Below are positions 18,123 to 26,452 of a stretch of 64,000 bases of DNA, piece by piece. Both the position numbers and the translations under genes were made by a program. Origin of the DNA: an uncultured Candidatus Saccharibacteria bacterium (GTDB lineage: Bacteria > Patescibacteriota > Minisyncoccia > Phycocordibacterales > CALRHW01); contig CAYOUG010000004.1 of NCBI GenBank assembly GCA_964407105.1, positions 6,936 through 70,935 of the forward strand, read 5' to 3'. Each line of letters starts with the position of its first letter. The first letter of the stretch is position 1. The notes beneath the pieces are model-generated. The model worked only from the letters and a program-made list of their open reading frames with translations. It did not search any database and was not told the DNA's origin.

Positions 18123-19094
18123 TTATGATTTCTTTCGAATTTCAAACCGAGTAACAATAAATCGAATTACAAAGAGCAAGATTATAATGATCACACACGC
18201 AAGAACGAGAAGTTTTATTGGAATTACCCAAAAAGTAAATTCCATTGTGTCTACAATGTTGTCATAACCCCTATTTATAGAAGCTACGGCCGTGTATTTT
18301 CCGAGAAGAAAACCACTATTCCATTGCACCTCTCGAAGTCTCAGCGAGTCAGGCATCGCAAACCAAGGAGCCACTTCTACATTTCCAATTTCCTTTCCAA
18401 GAATATTTTTTATACTGATTTCTCCATAAGGATTTTCGTGCACACTTCCTTTGTTTTCATAAAGAAGTTCAAACTGCACTGGACCAGCACCATAAATTTT
18501 CTTTGTATTTTTTGTTTGGAATTGTGTAAGTTTTCCTTCTTGTTTTACCTCACCCGGTACTCGAATAAAAAACAATGTTCCTATGCGAGTAACTATTGCA
18601 CTTGATGGACCTTTGGCGCCCGTTGGTTTTGAAGCGGTACTTACAAGAACACTTCCATACAAACCACCCGGCTGTGCATCTGCTGGAACAAACACAGTCA
18701 CAGGAATAATTGCTCTCTGTGCGTGCATGAGTTCAAAACTTTTTTCTGGAAAAGAAATATAATCTTTTAGAGAATATGGACCGTGATCTTCACCAAGAAG
18801 AACAACTGTATCTGAGGTATTTTTAGAACCACTAAAATCTTCGGTATCAAGATAAAAGATACGAGTATCTCCCATTCTGTTACTTACTGAAATATTTACT
18901 GTTTTACTTTCTCCGGGTTTTATTTCAAGTTCCTGTTTTCCAGGACCAACCACGAAGTCACTTCGCACAATATCGTCAGGAAGCGCTTCTATCGTGTAAG
19001 AAAAAACTTTAGAAAAAGGAAAAAGAGACACTAAACAAAAAAACATAATGACACCAACCTTCCAGGATATGTAATTTTTTTCTGTAGACGTCAT
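18123..19094 (-). CDS. Surface protein with N-terminal signal peptide, beta-rich ectodomain and C-terminal TM anchor
   Basis: 323 aa. Hydrophobic N-terminal segment, ectodomain beginning YTIEALPDDIVRSDFVVGPGKQELEIKPGESKTVNISVSN, C-terminal TM LLVLACVIIIILLFVIRFIV followed by basic residues. Flanked by the two paralogous secreted proteins. Confidence 0.5.
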   Translation of the reverse strand: MTSTEKNYISWKVGVIMFFCLVSLFPFSKVFSYTIEALPDDIVRSDFVVGPGKQELEIKPGESKTVNISVSNRMGDTRIFYLDTEDFSGSKNTSDTVVLLGEDHGPYSLKDYISFPEKSFELMHAQRAIIPVTVFVPADAQPGGLYGSVLVSTASKPTGAKGPSSAIVTRIGTLFFIRVPGEVKQEGKLTQFQTKNTKKIYGAGPVQFELLYENKGSVHENPYGEISIKNILGKEIGNVEVAPWFAMPDSLRLREVQWNSGFLLGKYTAVASINRGYDNIVDTMEFTFWVIPIKLLVLACVIIIILLFVIRFIVTRFEIRKKS

Positions 19095-19103
19095 ACGGTT
19101 AAT

Positions 19104-19808
19104 TTAGTTTGTAACTGCTGTGAGGGTGGCTGTAGCTGTGTATGTGTCTTGAGCAAGACCTGAATTTGAACCAACAGAAACTCTAAAATAAACACTTGAT
19201 GTCGAACCAGATGCTGTTGTTTCGCTAGAAGATACTATGGTTGATGTTGCCGAAGTAGAAAGACCCATCCAACATGATCCAGATCCACCAGTATCGGCCG
19301 ATCCCGTATTGCATGTATTTGAACCATTATCTTTAAACTTTGTTGCAAGTTCTGCTGTAGTACTTGCAGAAACACTAAAACCAAATTTATGTGTACCCGC
19401 ACCCGCTGCTGAATAAGCATAATCAGGAACACCAGTAACCGCAGGAGAATAATCTGATATTGATCCACCTTGAGAATCTGCTTGCATTGCGGGCGAACTA
19501 CTTGCTTTTATTGTCATGGTATAACCAGCAGCATTGTTGGTTGTAACAATTGCTGTTGTTGTACCGTATGACGTACCTCCAGTAACACCGGCAATAGAAC
19601 CGTTCATTGTGACGTTGTTTGCTCCGGTTAAGAAAGCAATTTCTGAGGTGATTGATTGAGTAACTGTAAATTGATCTTCAACCGCTCGACTTAGTGTGGG
19701 TTCAATAACCACAAAAGCCAACGCAAGTGTAAGAGTCAAAAAGAAACTCGCTGCAATCGCCTGTCTTACATTTATTTTTTTAATCATAATTTTTAATTTA
19801 ACTTTCAA
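19104..19808 (-). CDS. Secreted Ser/Thr-rich protein, paralog B of 17356-18120
   Basis: 234 aa. Signal peptide (start possibly at an internal Met, MIKKINV...). Homology to 17356-18120 through the IKASSSPA / KFKDNGSNTCN / CW.GLST motifs. Confidence 0.55.
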   Translation of the reverse strand: MKVKLKIMIKKINVRQAIAASFFLTLTLALAFVVIEPTLSRAVEDQFTVTQSITSEIAFLTGANNVTMNGSIAGVTGGTSYGTTTAIVTTNNAAGYTMTIKASSSPAMQADSQGGSISDYSPAVTGVPDYAYSAAGAGTHKFGFSVSASTTAELATKFKDNGSNTCNTGSADTGGSGSCWMGLSTSATSTIVSSSETTASGSTSSVYFRVSVGSNSGLAQDTYTATATLTAVTN

Positions 19809-19836
19809 ACTTTAATAATATTTCGACCTTTACAGA

Positions 19837-19889
19837 CTTACGTCTGTTCTCGAGGCTCGCTTACTACAAGCGCCGAGAACAGACGTAAG
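19837..19889. other. GC-rich perfect 16-bp inverted repeat (stem-loop) between two minus-strand genes
   Basis: cttacgtctgttctcg (19837-19852) and cgagaacagacgtaag (19874-19889) around a 21-nt loop. Followed on the plus strand by tatttatttttt. Unusually GC-rich for this window. Confidence 0.5.
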
Positions 19890-19899
19890 TATTTATTTT

Positions 19900-20799
19900 T
19901 TAATCATCAACCGGTACAAGAACATATAAATATTCTTGATCATTTGTATTTTTAAATATTGGTTTTATCACACCAGAAGAACCTGTTTCGTCTGGTACGA
20001 CCTGTGTTTGATCAGAAAATGAATTCTTAATTCTCTGTTTTACTTTTTCATTTTTAAATTCATCTCCTGTACCTGGCACCACAATCATTCCCGTCTTTGA
20101 ATCTTGCGATACAGAATTTCGATGGTTTATATCATCACGCACAACCACTGTTTTATTTATATTCATACGCAACAAAGATGAAATAAATCTGTATGAATTT
20201 AAAGCGATTGAATCAAATTTGTTACGCAACGAATGCGTAAGATCACGAACACTAATCTGGATATTATTTACATTTGAAACACTTGCGGAATCTCGCACAA
20301 GTGCAAGTGTTTTAGATGTTTTAGAAACAAAAGAAGTTATAAATATTTTTTCTGAAGAAATAAAATGTTCTGAAACAACAGCAATATTTGTTTGATATTG
20401 TTTGTTGTTTGAACCATAAGCAAAAAAAGCTATTGCAGAAATTACAATAAACAAAAGGGCATAAAACATTCCTGAATGTGAAAGAAAAGAAAATACTTCA
20501 GAGGGAGCAAATTCTTTTTTGTTCGTTTTTAGGTTTTCTGACGCTTTAAAAACCGAAGCATTTTGTGACACAACACTGACTGGAGGAAATACGATTGTTC
20601 CACGAATTTTTTCAGATGCATCTTTTTGGTGTTCGATGATCGAATCTTCGCTCACAAACCAACCCCTTCCCACCTGTCGGCACTCAAGTTTGCCAGATCG
20701 ACAAAGTTGACCGATATAATCCGAATTATAGCCAGATATTTCTGAACCTCGTTTTGCCGAGATATATTTTTTTCCGTTGAAATAGAGCTCGCTATTCAT
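19900..20799 (-). CDS. Membrane-anchored protein with N-terminal excisionase/MerR-like HTH, single TM and extracytoplasmic C-terminal domain
   Basis: 299 aa. The N-terminal about 60 aa (KKYISAKRGSEISGYNSDYIGQLCRSGKLECRQVGRGWFVSEDSI) has the HTH_17/Xis-MerR pattern (helix...G.L...R.G...W.v.e..i). TM segment MFYALLFIVISAIAFFAYG. Ser/Asn-rich C-terminal domain. Confidence 0.45.
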   Translation of the reverse strand: MNSELYFNGKKYISAKRGSEISGYNSDYIGQLCRSGKLECRQVGRGWFVSEDSIIEHQKDASEKIRGTIVFPPVSVVSQNASVFKASENLKTNKKEFAPSEVFSFLSHSGMFYALLFIVISAIAFFAYGSNNKQYQTNIAVVSEHFISSEKIFITSFVSKTSKTLALVRDSASVSNVNNIQISVRDLTHSLRNKFDSIALNSYRFISSLLRMNINKTVVVRDDINHRNSVSQDSKTGMIVVPGTGDEFKNEKVKQRIKNSFSDQTQVVPDETGSSGVIKPIFKNTNDQEYLYVLVPVDD

Positions 20800-21133
20800 T
20801 GGTAATATTATAGCTTTTTGAGTCGCATAAAAGAACGATTTTTTTGTGGATAACTAAGGTTTTTTTAAGATTATTTTTTTATTCAAAAAAGATCAAAAAT
20901 ATTTATAAAAATATGTAGATATAACAACAAATGATCTATTTTTTATTACCAAAAAATTCTATAAACAAAATTTGGTTGGTAAATAAACAAAAAAATTACG
21001 TTAGAATAAATTAATACAAAAAAAGTCACTTTATAAAAATATAAGTTATCAACATATACAAACCTTGATAAATAGAAGTAATAAACTTATAATTATTACT
21101 AATGTTTATAAAGGTTTAGTAATGTTATGCACA

Positions 21134-21376
21134 ATGAATAATTCATTCTTAACAATCAAACAAGTATCTAAAATTCTAGGTGTAACACCACTTACACTTA
21201 GAAATTGGGACAACTCTGGTAAGTTTGAAGCTACCCGACACCCCATAAATAACTACAGAGTATACAAGCGTGAAGACGTGGAAGCATTCATTCATAAAAT
21301 GGGCACAAAAAACTCCACAACACGACAAAAGAGAAATCAAGTTAAAAAGCTCAATATACTGCATTTGGATGATTAA
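21134..21376 (+). CDS. Small standalone excisionase/MerR-family HTH DNA-binding protein (about 80 aa)
   Basis: LTIKQVSKILGVTPLTLRNWDNSGKFEATRHPINNYRVYKREDVEAFI is a textbook HTH_17 (excisionase/MerR-type) domain. The tabulated ORF starts at 21065 but MNNSFLTIKQ at 21134 (or MLCTM at 21122) is the more plausible start. Basic C-terminal tail. Confidence 0.6.
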   Translation: MNNSFLTIKQVSKILGVTPLTLRNWDNSGKFEATRHPINNYRVYKREDVEAFIHKMGTKNSTTRQKRNQVKKLNILHLDD

Positions 21377-21420
21377 AAATTTATAACTATTTGTAATCTG
21401 AAGAAACAAAATTAACCATT

Positions 21421-21455
21421 AAAAAATCACTTCAGAAAACGAAGTGATTTTTTAA
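21421..21455. terminator. Bidirectional intrinsic terminator between the HTH gene and gatB
   Basis: aaaaaatcacttc-agaaaac-gaagtgatttttt; 12-bp stem flanked by A-run and T-run. Serves the + strand HTH gene and the minus strand gatB (stop at 21474). Confidence 0.65.
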
Positions 21456-21473
21456 TGGTTAATTAATTTATTT

Positions 21474-22916
21474 TTATTTAAGTAAAGACACAAGAACTTC
21501 TTTTAACACTGATGGATTCGCTGAACCCTTTGTTGCTTTCATTCCCTGCCCCACCAAAAATTGCAACGCAGTTTCTTTTCCTTTTTTATAATCAGCGACA
21601 ACGTTTGGATTATCAATAATAATTTTTTCAATAATAATTTTTAATTCTTCCGTGTTACTTTGTTGTAATAAATTTCTAGACGAAGCAATCTCTTCCGGTT
21701 TACCCCCCTCCTCAAACATAATCTTCAAAATATCTTTTGCTCCACGAGATGAGATTTTTTGATCATTTACCATACTCATAAGGAGTGAAAAATTTTCTGG
21801 GCTTATGGTCGGCACAACACCAAACACATCTTCTATATTGGTGTTGGTTGATTTTATTAAACCAAGAAAATCTGAGGAAATATAATTTGAAGTAAGTTTT
21901 ATAAGTTTTATATCACCAACAAAAAAACGGATCACATCTTCAAAATATTTACTAATCAATGGTGTGCTCACATATACAAACGCGTCTTCCCTCTTCATAC
22001 CATACTCACTTATGTATCTCTCCCGCTTCTTCCACGGAAGCTCTGGCATATCACTCATCAACTCATCATAAGAAAATTCTTTTATTTTCGAGATATATAA
22101 TTTAGGAAGATCTGGATCTGGAAAATATCTATAGTCGTGAGATTCTTCTTTTAGACGCTGTGAGAAAGTTATTTCCTTTTTTTCGTCCCATCCGCGTGTT
22201 TCTTGCACAACCTTCTCTCCCGCTTCTAGTAATTCTATGTGTCGTTTCATTTCAAACGCAATAGCTTTTTCAACCGCCCTAAAAGAATTTAGATTTTTCA
22301 CTTCTACCTTGGTGCCCATTTTCCCACTTACTTTTGATACAGAAATATTTGCTTCTACACGCATTTCTCCTTTTTCCATATTTGCTTCTCCAGCACCAAG
22401 ATACTGAAGTAAGAGCTGTAGCTCACGTGCAAAATTTGAAGCATCTTCAGCACTGTGTATCACAGGTTCTGTTACAAGCTCCATAAGTGGCACACCAGCA
22501 CGATTAAAATCAACGAGACTATAATCCCCCACATTGTGAGATGATTTAGCTGTATCTTCTTCTAAATGTATTCGAGTTAAAGCTATTCCTGACACCGATC
22601 CTCCTTCTACAAGTGGATGTTTGTATTGACTAATCTGATAACCTTTTGGAATATCTGGATAAAAATAGTTTTTGCGATCAAACTCAGTAAAGTCTGCTAT
22701 CTTGCCTCCAACAGCAAGACCCATACGAAGAACATGTCGGACCGCCTCTTTGTTTATAACAGGTAGTGTACCGGGGTGTCCCATACATACTGGACATACA
22801 TTTACATTAGGACGTTTTTCTTCTGGATCATTTTTTGAATTACAAAACATCTTACTCTTTGTGTTGAGTTCGGCATGAATTTCAAGACCTACAGTGAGTT
22901 TGTATTCCGATTCCAT
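21474..22916 (-). CDS. gatB: Asp-tRNA(Asn)/Glu-tRNA(Gln) amidotransferase subunit B
   Basis: 480 aa. N-terminus KLTVGLEIHAELNTKSKMFC...CPVCMGHPGTLPVINKEAV and the C-terminal GatB/YqeY domain are diagnostic for GatB. Confidence 0.92.
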   Translation of the reverse strand: MESEYKLTVGLEIHAELNTKSKMFCNSKNDPEEKRPNVNVCPVCMGHPGTLPVINKEAVRHVLRMGLAVGGKIADFTEFDRKNYFYPDIPKGYQISQYKHPLVEGGSVSGIALTRIHLEEDTAKSSHNVGDYSLVDFNRAGVPLMELVTEPVIHSAEDASNFARELQLLLQYLGAGEANMEKGEMRVEANISVSKVSGKMGTKVEVKNLNSFRAVEKAIAFEMKRHIELLEAGEKVVQETRGWDEKKEITFSQRLKEESHDYRYFPDPDLPKLYISKIKEFSYDELMSDMPELPWKKRERYISEYGMKREDAFVYVSTPLISKYFEDVIRFFVGDIKLIKLTSNYISSDFLGLIKSTNTNIEDVFGVVPTISPENFSLLMSMVNDQKISSRGAKDILKIMFEEGGKPEEIASSRNLLQQSNTEELKIIIEKIIIDNPNVVADYKKGKETALQFLVGQGMKATKGSANPSVLKEVLVSLLK

Positions 22917-22944
22917 AAAGAGATTATTAGTACTTGTTATAGTA

Positions 22945-23913
22945 TCATTTTGAAAGCACTTGTGTCAGTGAGTCTACAAGGTTTTTGATAGATACATCAT
23001 CAATTGTGGAAACCGTCAAAATATCTGGATTACATTTTAAAAGAGCTTTCTTTTTTTTCAAAACTTGATCTGGAGTAGATGTGTCTGTTTTAGTCAAAAG
23101 AATTAATTCTTTTTTCGCCACAAGCTCAGCGCTATAATCACCGAGTTCTTTTCGAATGGTTTTGTAAGCCCCAACAACATCTTCATTTTCTACTGAAATA
23201 CAATGTAAAAGTATTCGAGTACGTTTTATGTGACGCAAAAATTTATGTCCAAGACCGCGACCTTCTGATGCGCCCTCTATAAGTCCTGGGATATCTGCAA
23301 TTATAAATCCATACATGTCACCGAGATTTGGTTCGAGTGTAGTAAAAGCATAACTACCCACCGCTGCTTTTGCATTTGTAAGAGCGTTAAGTAAACTAGA
23401 TTTTCCTGCATTTGGAAGTCCAACAAGACCGAGATCAGCCACAAGCTCAAGTTCAATATAAAAATCTGCTTGCTCACCTTCTTTACCAGTAGTAGATTCA
23501 CGTGGTCGTACATTTGTAGACGCCTTAAAATGTTCATTACCCAAACCACCTCGTCCACCCTGAAGTATTAAAATTTTTTCTCCATCGTGTAATAAATTAA
23601 ATTTTTTGCCGGTAGAAAGATTTGTGAGTACGCTACCAATAGGAAGATCCATGATTAAATCTTCACCGTTTTTTCCATGCATACTATTTTTCATACCCGG
23701 ACCACCATTTTCTGCAAGAATCTCTTTTATGTGTTTATATTTTCTAAACAACGCAAGATCACGTACTGCGTGCACATACACGCTACCACCGCCACCACCA
23801 TTACCTCCAGCGGGGCCACCTTTGTCTTTACCTTTTTCTTGAAGCCAGCGTACAACACCGCTTCCACCATCACCAGCTTTTATATGAAGTTGTATTTCGT
23901 CAATGAATGCCAT
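22945..23913 (-). CDS. obg: GTPase Obg/CgtA
   Basis: 322 aa. MAFIDEIQLHIKAGDGGSGVVRWLQEKGKDKGGPAGGNGGGGGSVYV (Gly-rich Obg fold), then G-domain motifs GLVGLPNAGKSSLL and DIPGLIEGA. Short form lacking a TGS/C-terminal extension. Confidence 0.92.
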   Translation of the reverse strand: MAFIDEIQLHIKAGDGGSGVVRWLQEKGKDKGGPAGGNGGGGGSVYVHAVRDLALFRKYKHIKEILAENGGPGMKNSMHGKNGEDLIMDLPIGSVLTNLSTGKKFNLLHDGEKILILQGGRGGLGNEHFKASTNVRPRESTTGKEGEQADFYIELELVADLGLVGLPNAGKSSLLNALTNAKAAVGSYAFTTLEPNLGDMYGFIIADIPGLIEGASEGRGLGHKFLRHIKRTRILLHCISVENEDVVGAYKTIRKELGDYSAELVAKKELILLTKTDTSTPDQVLKKKKALLKCNPDILTVSTIDDVSIKNLVDSLTQVLSK

Positions 23914-23940
23914 TACAGCCTTGATACTATATTATTTTAG

Positions 23941-24834
23941 CTAGTTTTCAAGGGCGAGATGTGCAAGAGCAAGTGCTCCCTCTTTAGAACGTGCAGCAGA
24001 AGTAAAACGTTTATTATGACAAAAAACCGCATCTGAAACCCCTGTAACCATTTGCAACTCAGCGTCTTTTTTTCCAGCCCACGCTTCAGGTAAATCTTTC
24101 CGACTTTTATACGAAAATCGATCTTGCTGAATCGTTTTAAGTCTCCACATATCTTTGGCACTATTTGGATACACCACAAAAAGTGGTTCTGAATATTTTA
24201 AAACAACGTTGTACCAATTATAATCATTATCAAGGATTATTAATCTTTTATCTTCAGCTAATTCATAAGCTTCTTGTACATATTTTTCACCCTCTTTCAC
24301 ATCACGTATTACAGCAATTTCTCTCAACAAAAGAGTTTGAGCAAAAGCAACCATCTGCATAAATGATTGATCGGCTGCCGCATCGTCTTCTTTCCATGTT
24401 GGATTAAAAGAACTTATAAAATTTTGAACAAGATATGGAAAAACATTATCTATACGGGGAGTATAAGTATCAACCCCATTATCACTAGCATCAAGTGGTG
24501 AAATAATTTTTTCATCTATATGCAATGCCACTTCTTCACTACCCGCAATTTGTTTTCCATACGCTTTCCAAACAAGACCACACGATGCATAAGGTACTCC
24601 GTTTTCTCTAATCCCCGCTCCCCCTATCTGATGATGATCAAATCTTTTTAATGTCTCATCGTACATTCCCCCAACATCTACCACATAATCACCAGTCTGT
24701 ATAACAGATTCATCACGTGTACGGATGATATTACTCTTCACACCTTTTCCGAGCATAAGTAAAAGTATGGCCACGGCAAAAACTTCATCTGTATGAAAAT
24801 CTGCATTGTGCGTAATAATATTTACAACTTTCAT
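23941..24834 (-). CDS. MYG1/UPF0160 family metal-dependent hydrolase
   Basis: 297 aa. N-terminal ITHNADFHTDEVFAVAILLLM and DHHQ motif are characteristic of the MYG1 (UPF0160) family. Confidence 0.75.
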   Translation of the reverse strand: MKVVNIITHNADFHTDEVFAVAILLLMLGKGVKSNIIRTRDESVIQTGDYVVDVGGMYDETLKRFDHHQIGGAGIRENGVPYASCGLVWKAYGKQIAGSEEVALHIDEKIISPLDASDNGVDTYTPRIDNVFPYLVQNFISSFNPTWKEDDAAADQSFMQMVAFAQTLLLREIAVIRDVKEGEKYVQEAYELAEDKRLIILDNDYNWYNVVLKYSEPLFVVYPNSAKDMWRLKTIQQDRFSYKSRKDLPEAWAGKKDAELQMVTGVSDAVFCHNKRFTSAARSKEGALALAHLALEN

Positions 24835-24844
24835 TTTTATATTT

Positions 24845-25894
24845 TTATTGAACTGGTTTTATTATCACTGGATAAATATCGAGTAAAGCAAAAAGTAAAC
24901 TAAGCGCGACTGGACCAGCAACAAAACCAACTGGACCAAAAAGTGCGATACCACCAAGTACTGACAAAAGAATAATAAATGGATGAATTTTTACTCCACG
25001 TTCTATAAGAATCGGTCCTAGAAAATTATCTATTAGACCCACAGCACAGACACCCCAAATCAGAAGACCCACAACGCCAAACATATCATTTTTAAAAAAC
25101 AAAAAAGCAATTGCTGGAATAAACACCAAACTCGTACCTATTGATGGTATCAAAGAAGATACGGCAGCAAATGAAGCCCAAATAATCGGATTTGGAACAT
25201 CAAACAAATAAAAACCTACACCCGTTAAAATACCCTGAATAATTGATATCGCGAGCTGTCCCCGAATCACAGAATTTACCGCAAGTTTTATTTTACTAAT
25301 TATTTTTCCATCATACACATCAAATAATGGACTTAACGCTACAAGAGACGCAAGAAAACGTTTTCCGTCTCGAAAAAAATAAAATAAAGCAAGTATCATT
25401 AAGAAAAAACCAATGAGACCACGCAGTACACTTGAAAAAAATATTGCCAAATGGTTTGAAAGCCAACCAAGAAACTTTCCAGCATATTGATTTAAATTAA
25501 CATGATCCCTTAAATCAAAAGATAGTTTTGGGAAAAAACCATGAATAAAATCATCAGTTGTTTGTATTCCTCTGTTTGCTATTTCTATTAAACTACTGTT
25601 TCCAGATGATATTTTTATATATACATCACTTGATTCTTGAAATAAAAGTAAGCCAAAAATTACAAGAGGAGTAAATATAAAAATAAGAACCATAAACACC
25701 GAAAATAAAGCCGAAAGTGTGGTCCTTCCACTAAAAAACTTTAAAATACTTTTATGTAGTGGCTCAAAAATTATCGCAAAAATACCGGCCAAAAAAATGA
25801 TACTGAAATATGGTAAAAATATAAAAAAGTTGAGCGCGAGTGCGCCAGCAATAAAAGTAATAAAAAAGGTAAGTTGTATTTTGTGTATATTCAT
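24845..25894 (-). CDS. AI-2E family transporter (UPF0118/PerM-like) membrane protein
   Basis: 349 aa with about 8 TM helices. C-terminal LIWGVCAVGLIDNFLGPILIERGVKIHPFIILLSVLGGIALFGPVGFVAGPVALSL matches the AI-2E family signature. Confidence 0.7.
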   Translation of the reverse strand: MNIHKIQLTFFITFIAGALALNFFIFLPYFSIIFLAGIFAIIFEPLHKSILKFFSGRTTLSALFSVFMVLIFIFTPLVIFGLLLFQESSDVYIKISSGNSSLIEIANRGIQTTDDFIHGFFPKLSFDLRDHVNLNQYAGKFLGWLSNHLAIFFSSVLRGLIGFFLMILALFYFFRDGKRFLASLVALSPLFDVYDGKIISKIKLAVNSVIRGQLAISIIQGILTGVGFYLFDVPNPIIWASFAAVSSLIPSIGTSLVFIPAIAFLFFKNDMFGVVGLLIWGVCAVGLIDNFLGPILIERGVKIHPFIILLSVLGGIALFGPVGFVAGPVALSLLFALLDIYPVIIKPVQ

Positions 25895-25900
25895 ATTTTT

Positions 25901-26440
25901 TTAAACAATACTAGAAAGACGATATGTTTTTCGTGCCGCCAAACACACTGCTACAATACACGCAAAAAGTGTTAAAGACATCATTGGAATAGTAATGTAA
26001 CCGAATTCAAGCACAAATATTTTTGAACATGCTCCACCAAATGAGGTGCATGGAGTAAAAGAATGCCCACCAAGCTGTGTAAAAGAATGATAAAGTGCGA
26101 CAGCTCCACCAAAAAGCGACAAAATATAAATATAAGGCAAAATATGTCTTTCTCTACGCCACAAAGCAAGACCCAACAAAGCTACCTGTGGATACAAAAA
26201 CAATCTTTGAACCCAACACAAAACACAAGGCTCAAAACCAATCGCTTCTGAATACACCAAACTTCCCACCAAGCCAGCTAAAGATAAAAAAAATGCAACA
26301 CTAATAGCTCTTTCCCCCACCCATCTCACGATCCTGTCATTTAGTGTCGCACGAACGGAAAGAGCAACGACAAACAAAACGAGTAGTATCTGTAAAAAAA
26401 GTGTGGACCAAACAAAAACTGAAGTTATTAATTCTGACAT
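25901..26440 (-). CDS. Disulfide bond formation protein B (DsbB/BdbC family)
   Basis: 179 aa, 4 TM. First-loop motif EPCVLCWVQRLFLYPQ matches BdbC (PCxLCWYQRIxMYP), with a second Cys pair in the distal loop (PCTSFGGAC). Confidence 0.78.
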   Translation of the reverse strand: MSELITSVFVWSTLFLQILLVLFVVALSVRATLNDRIVRWVGERAISVAFFLSLAGLVGSLVYSEAIGFEPCVLCWVQRLFLYPQVALLGLALWRRERHILPYIYILSLFGGAVALYHSFTQLGGHSFTPCTSFGGACSKIFVLEFGYITIPMMSLTLFACIVAVCLAARKTYRLSSIV

Positions 26441-26452
26441 TTTTATAATAAA

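Noticed and set aside
21077-21100. Inverted repeat agtaataa-N8-ttattact upstream of the small HTH gene as a dedicated operator
   Set aside because: 8-bp arms made only of A/T in a 330-bp region that is over 80% AT are expected by chance. Kept only as a test candidate inside the HTH-pair finding.
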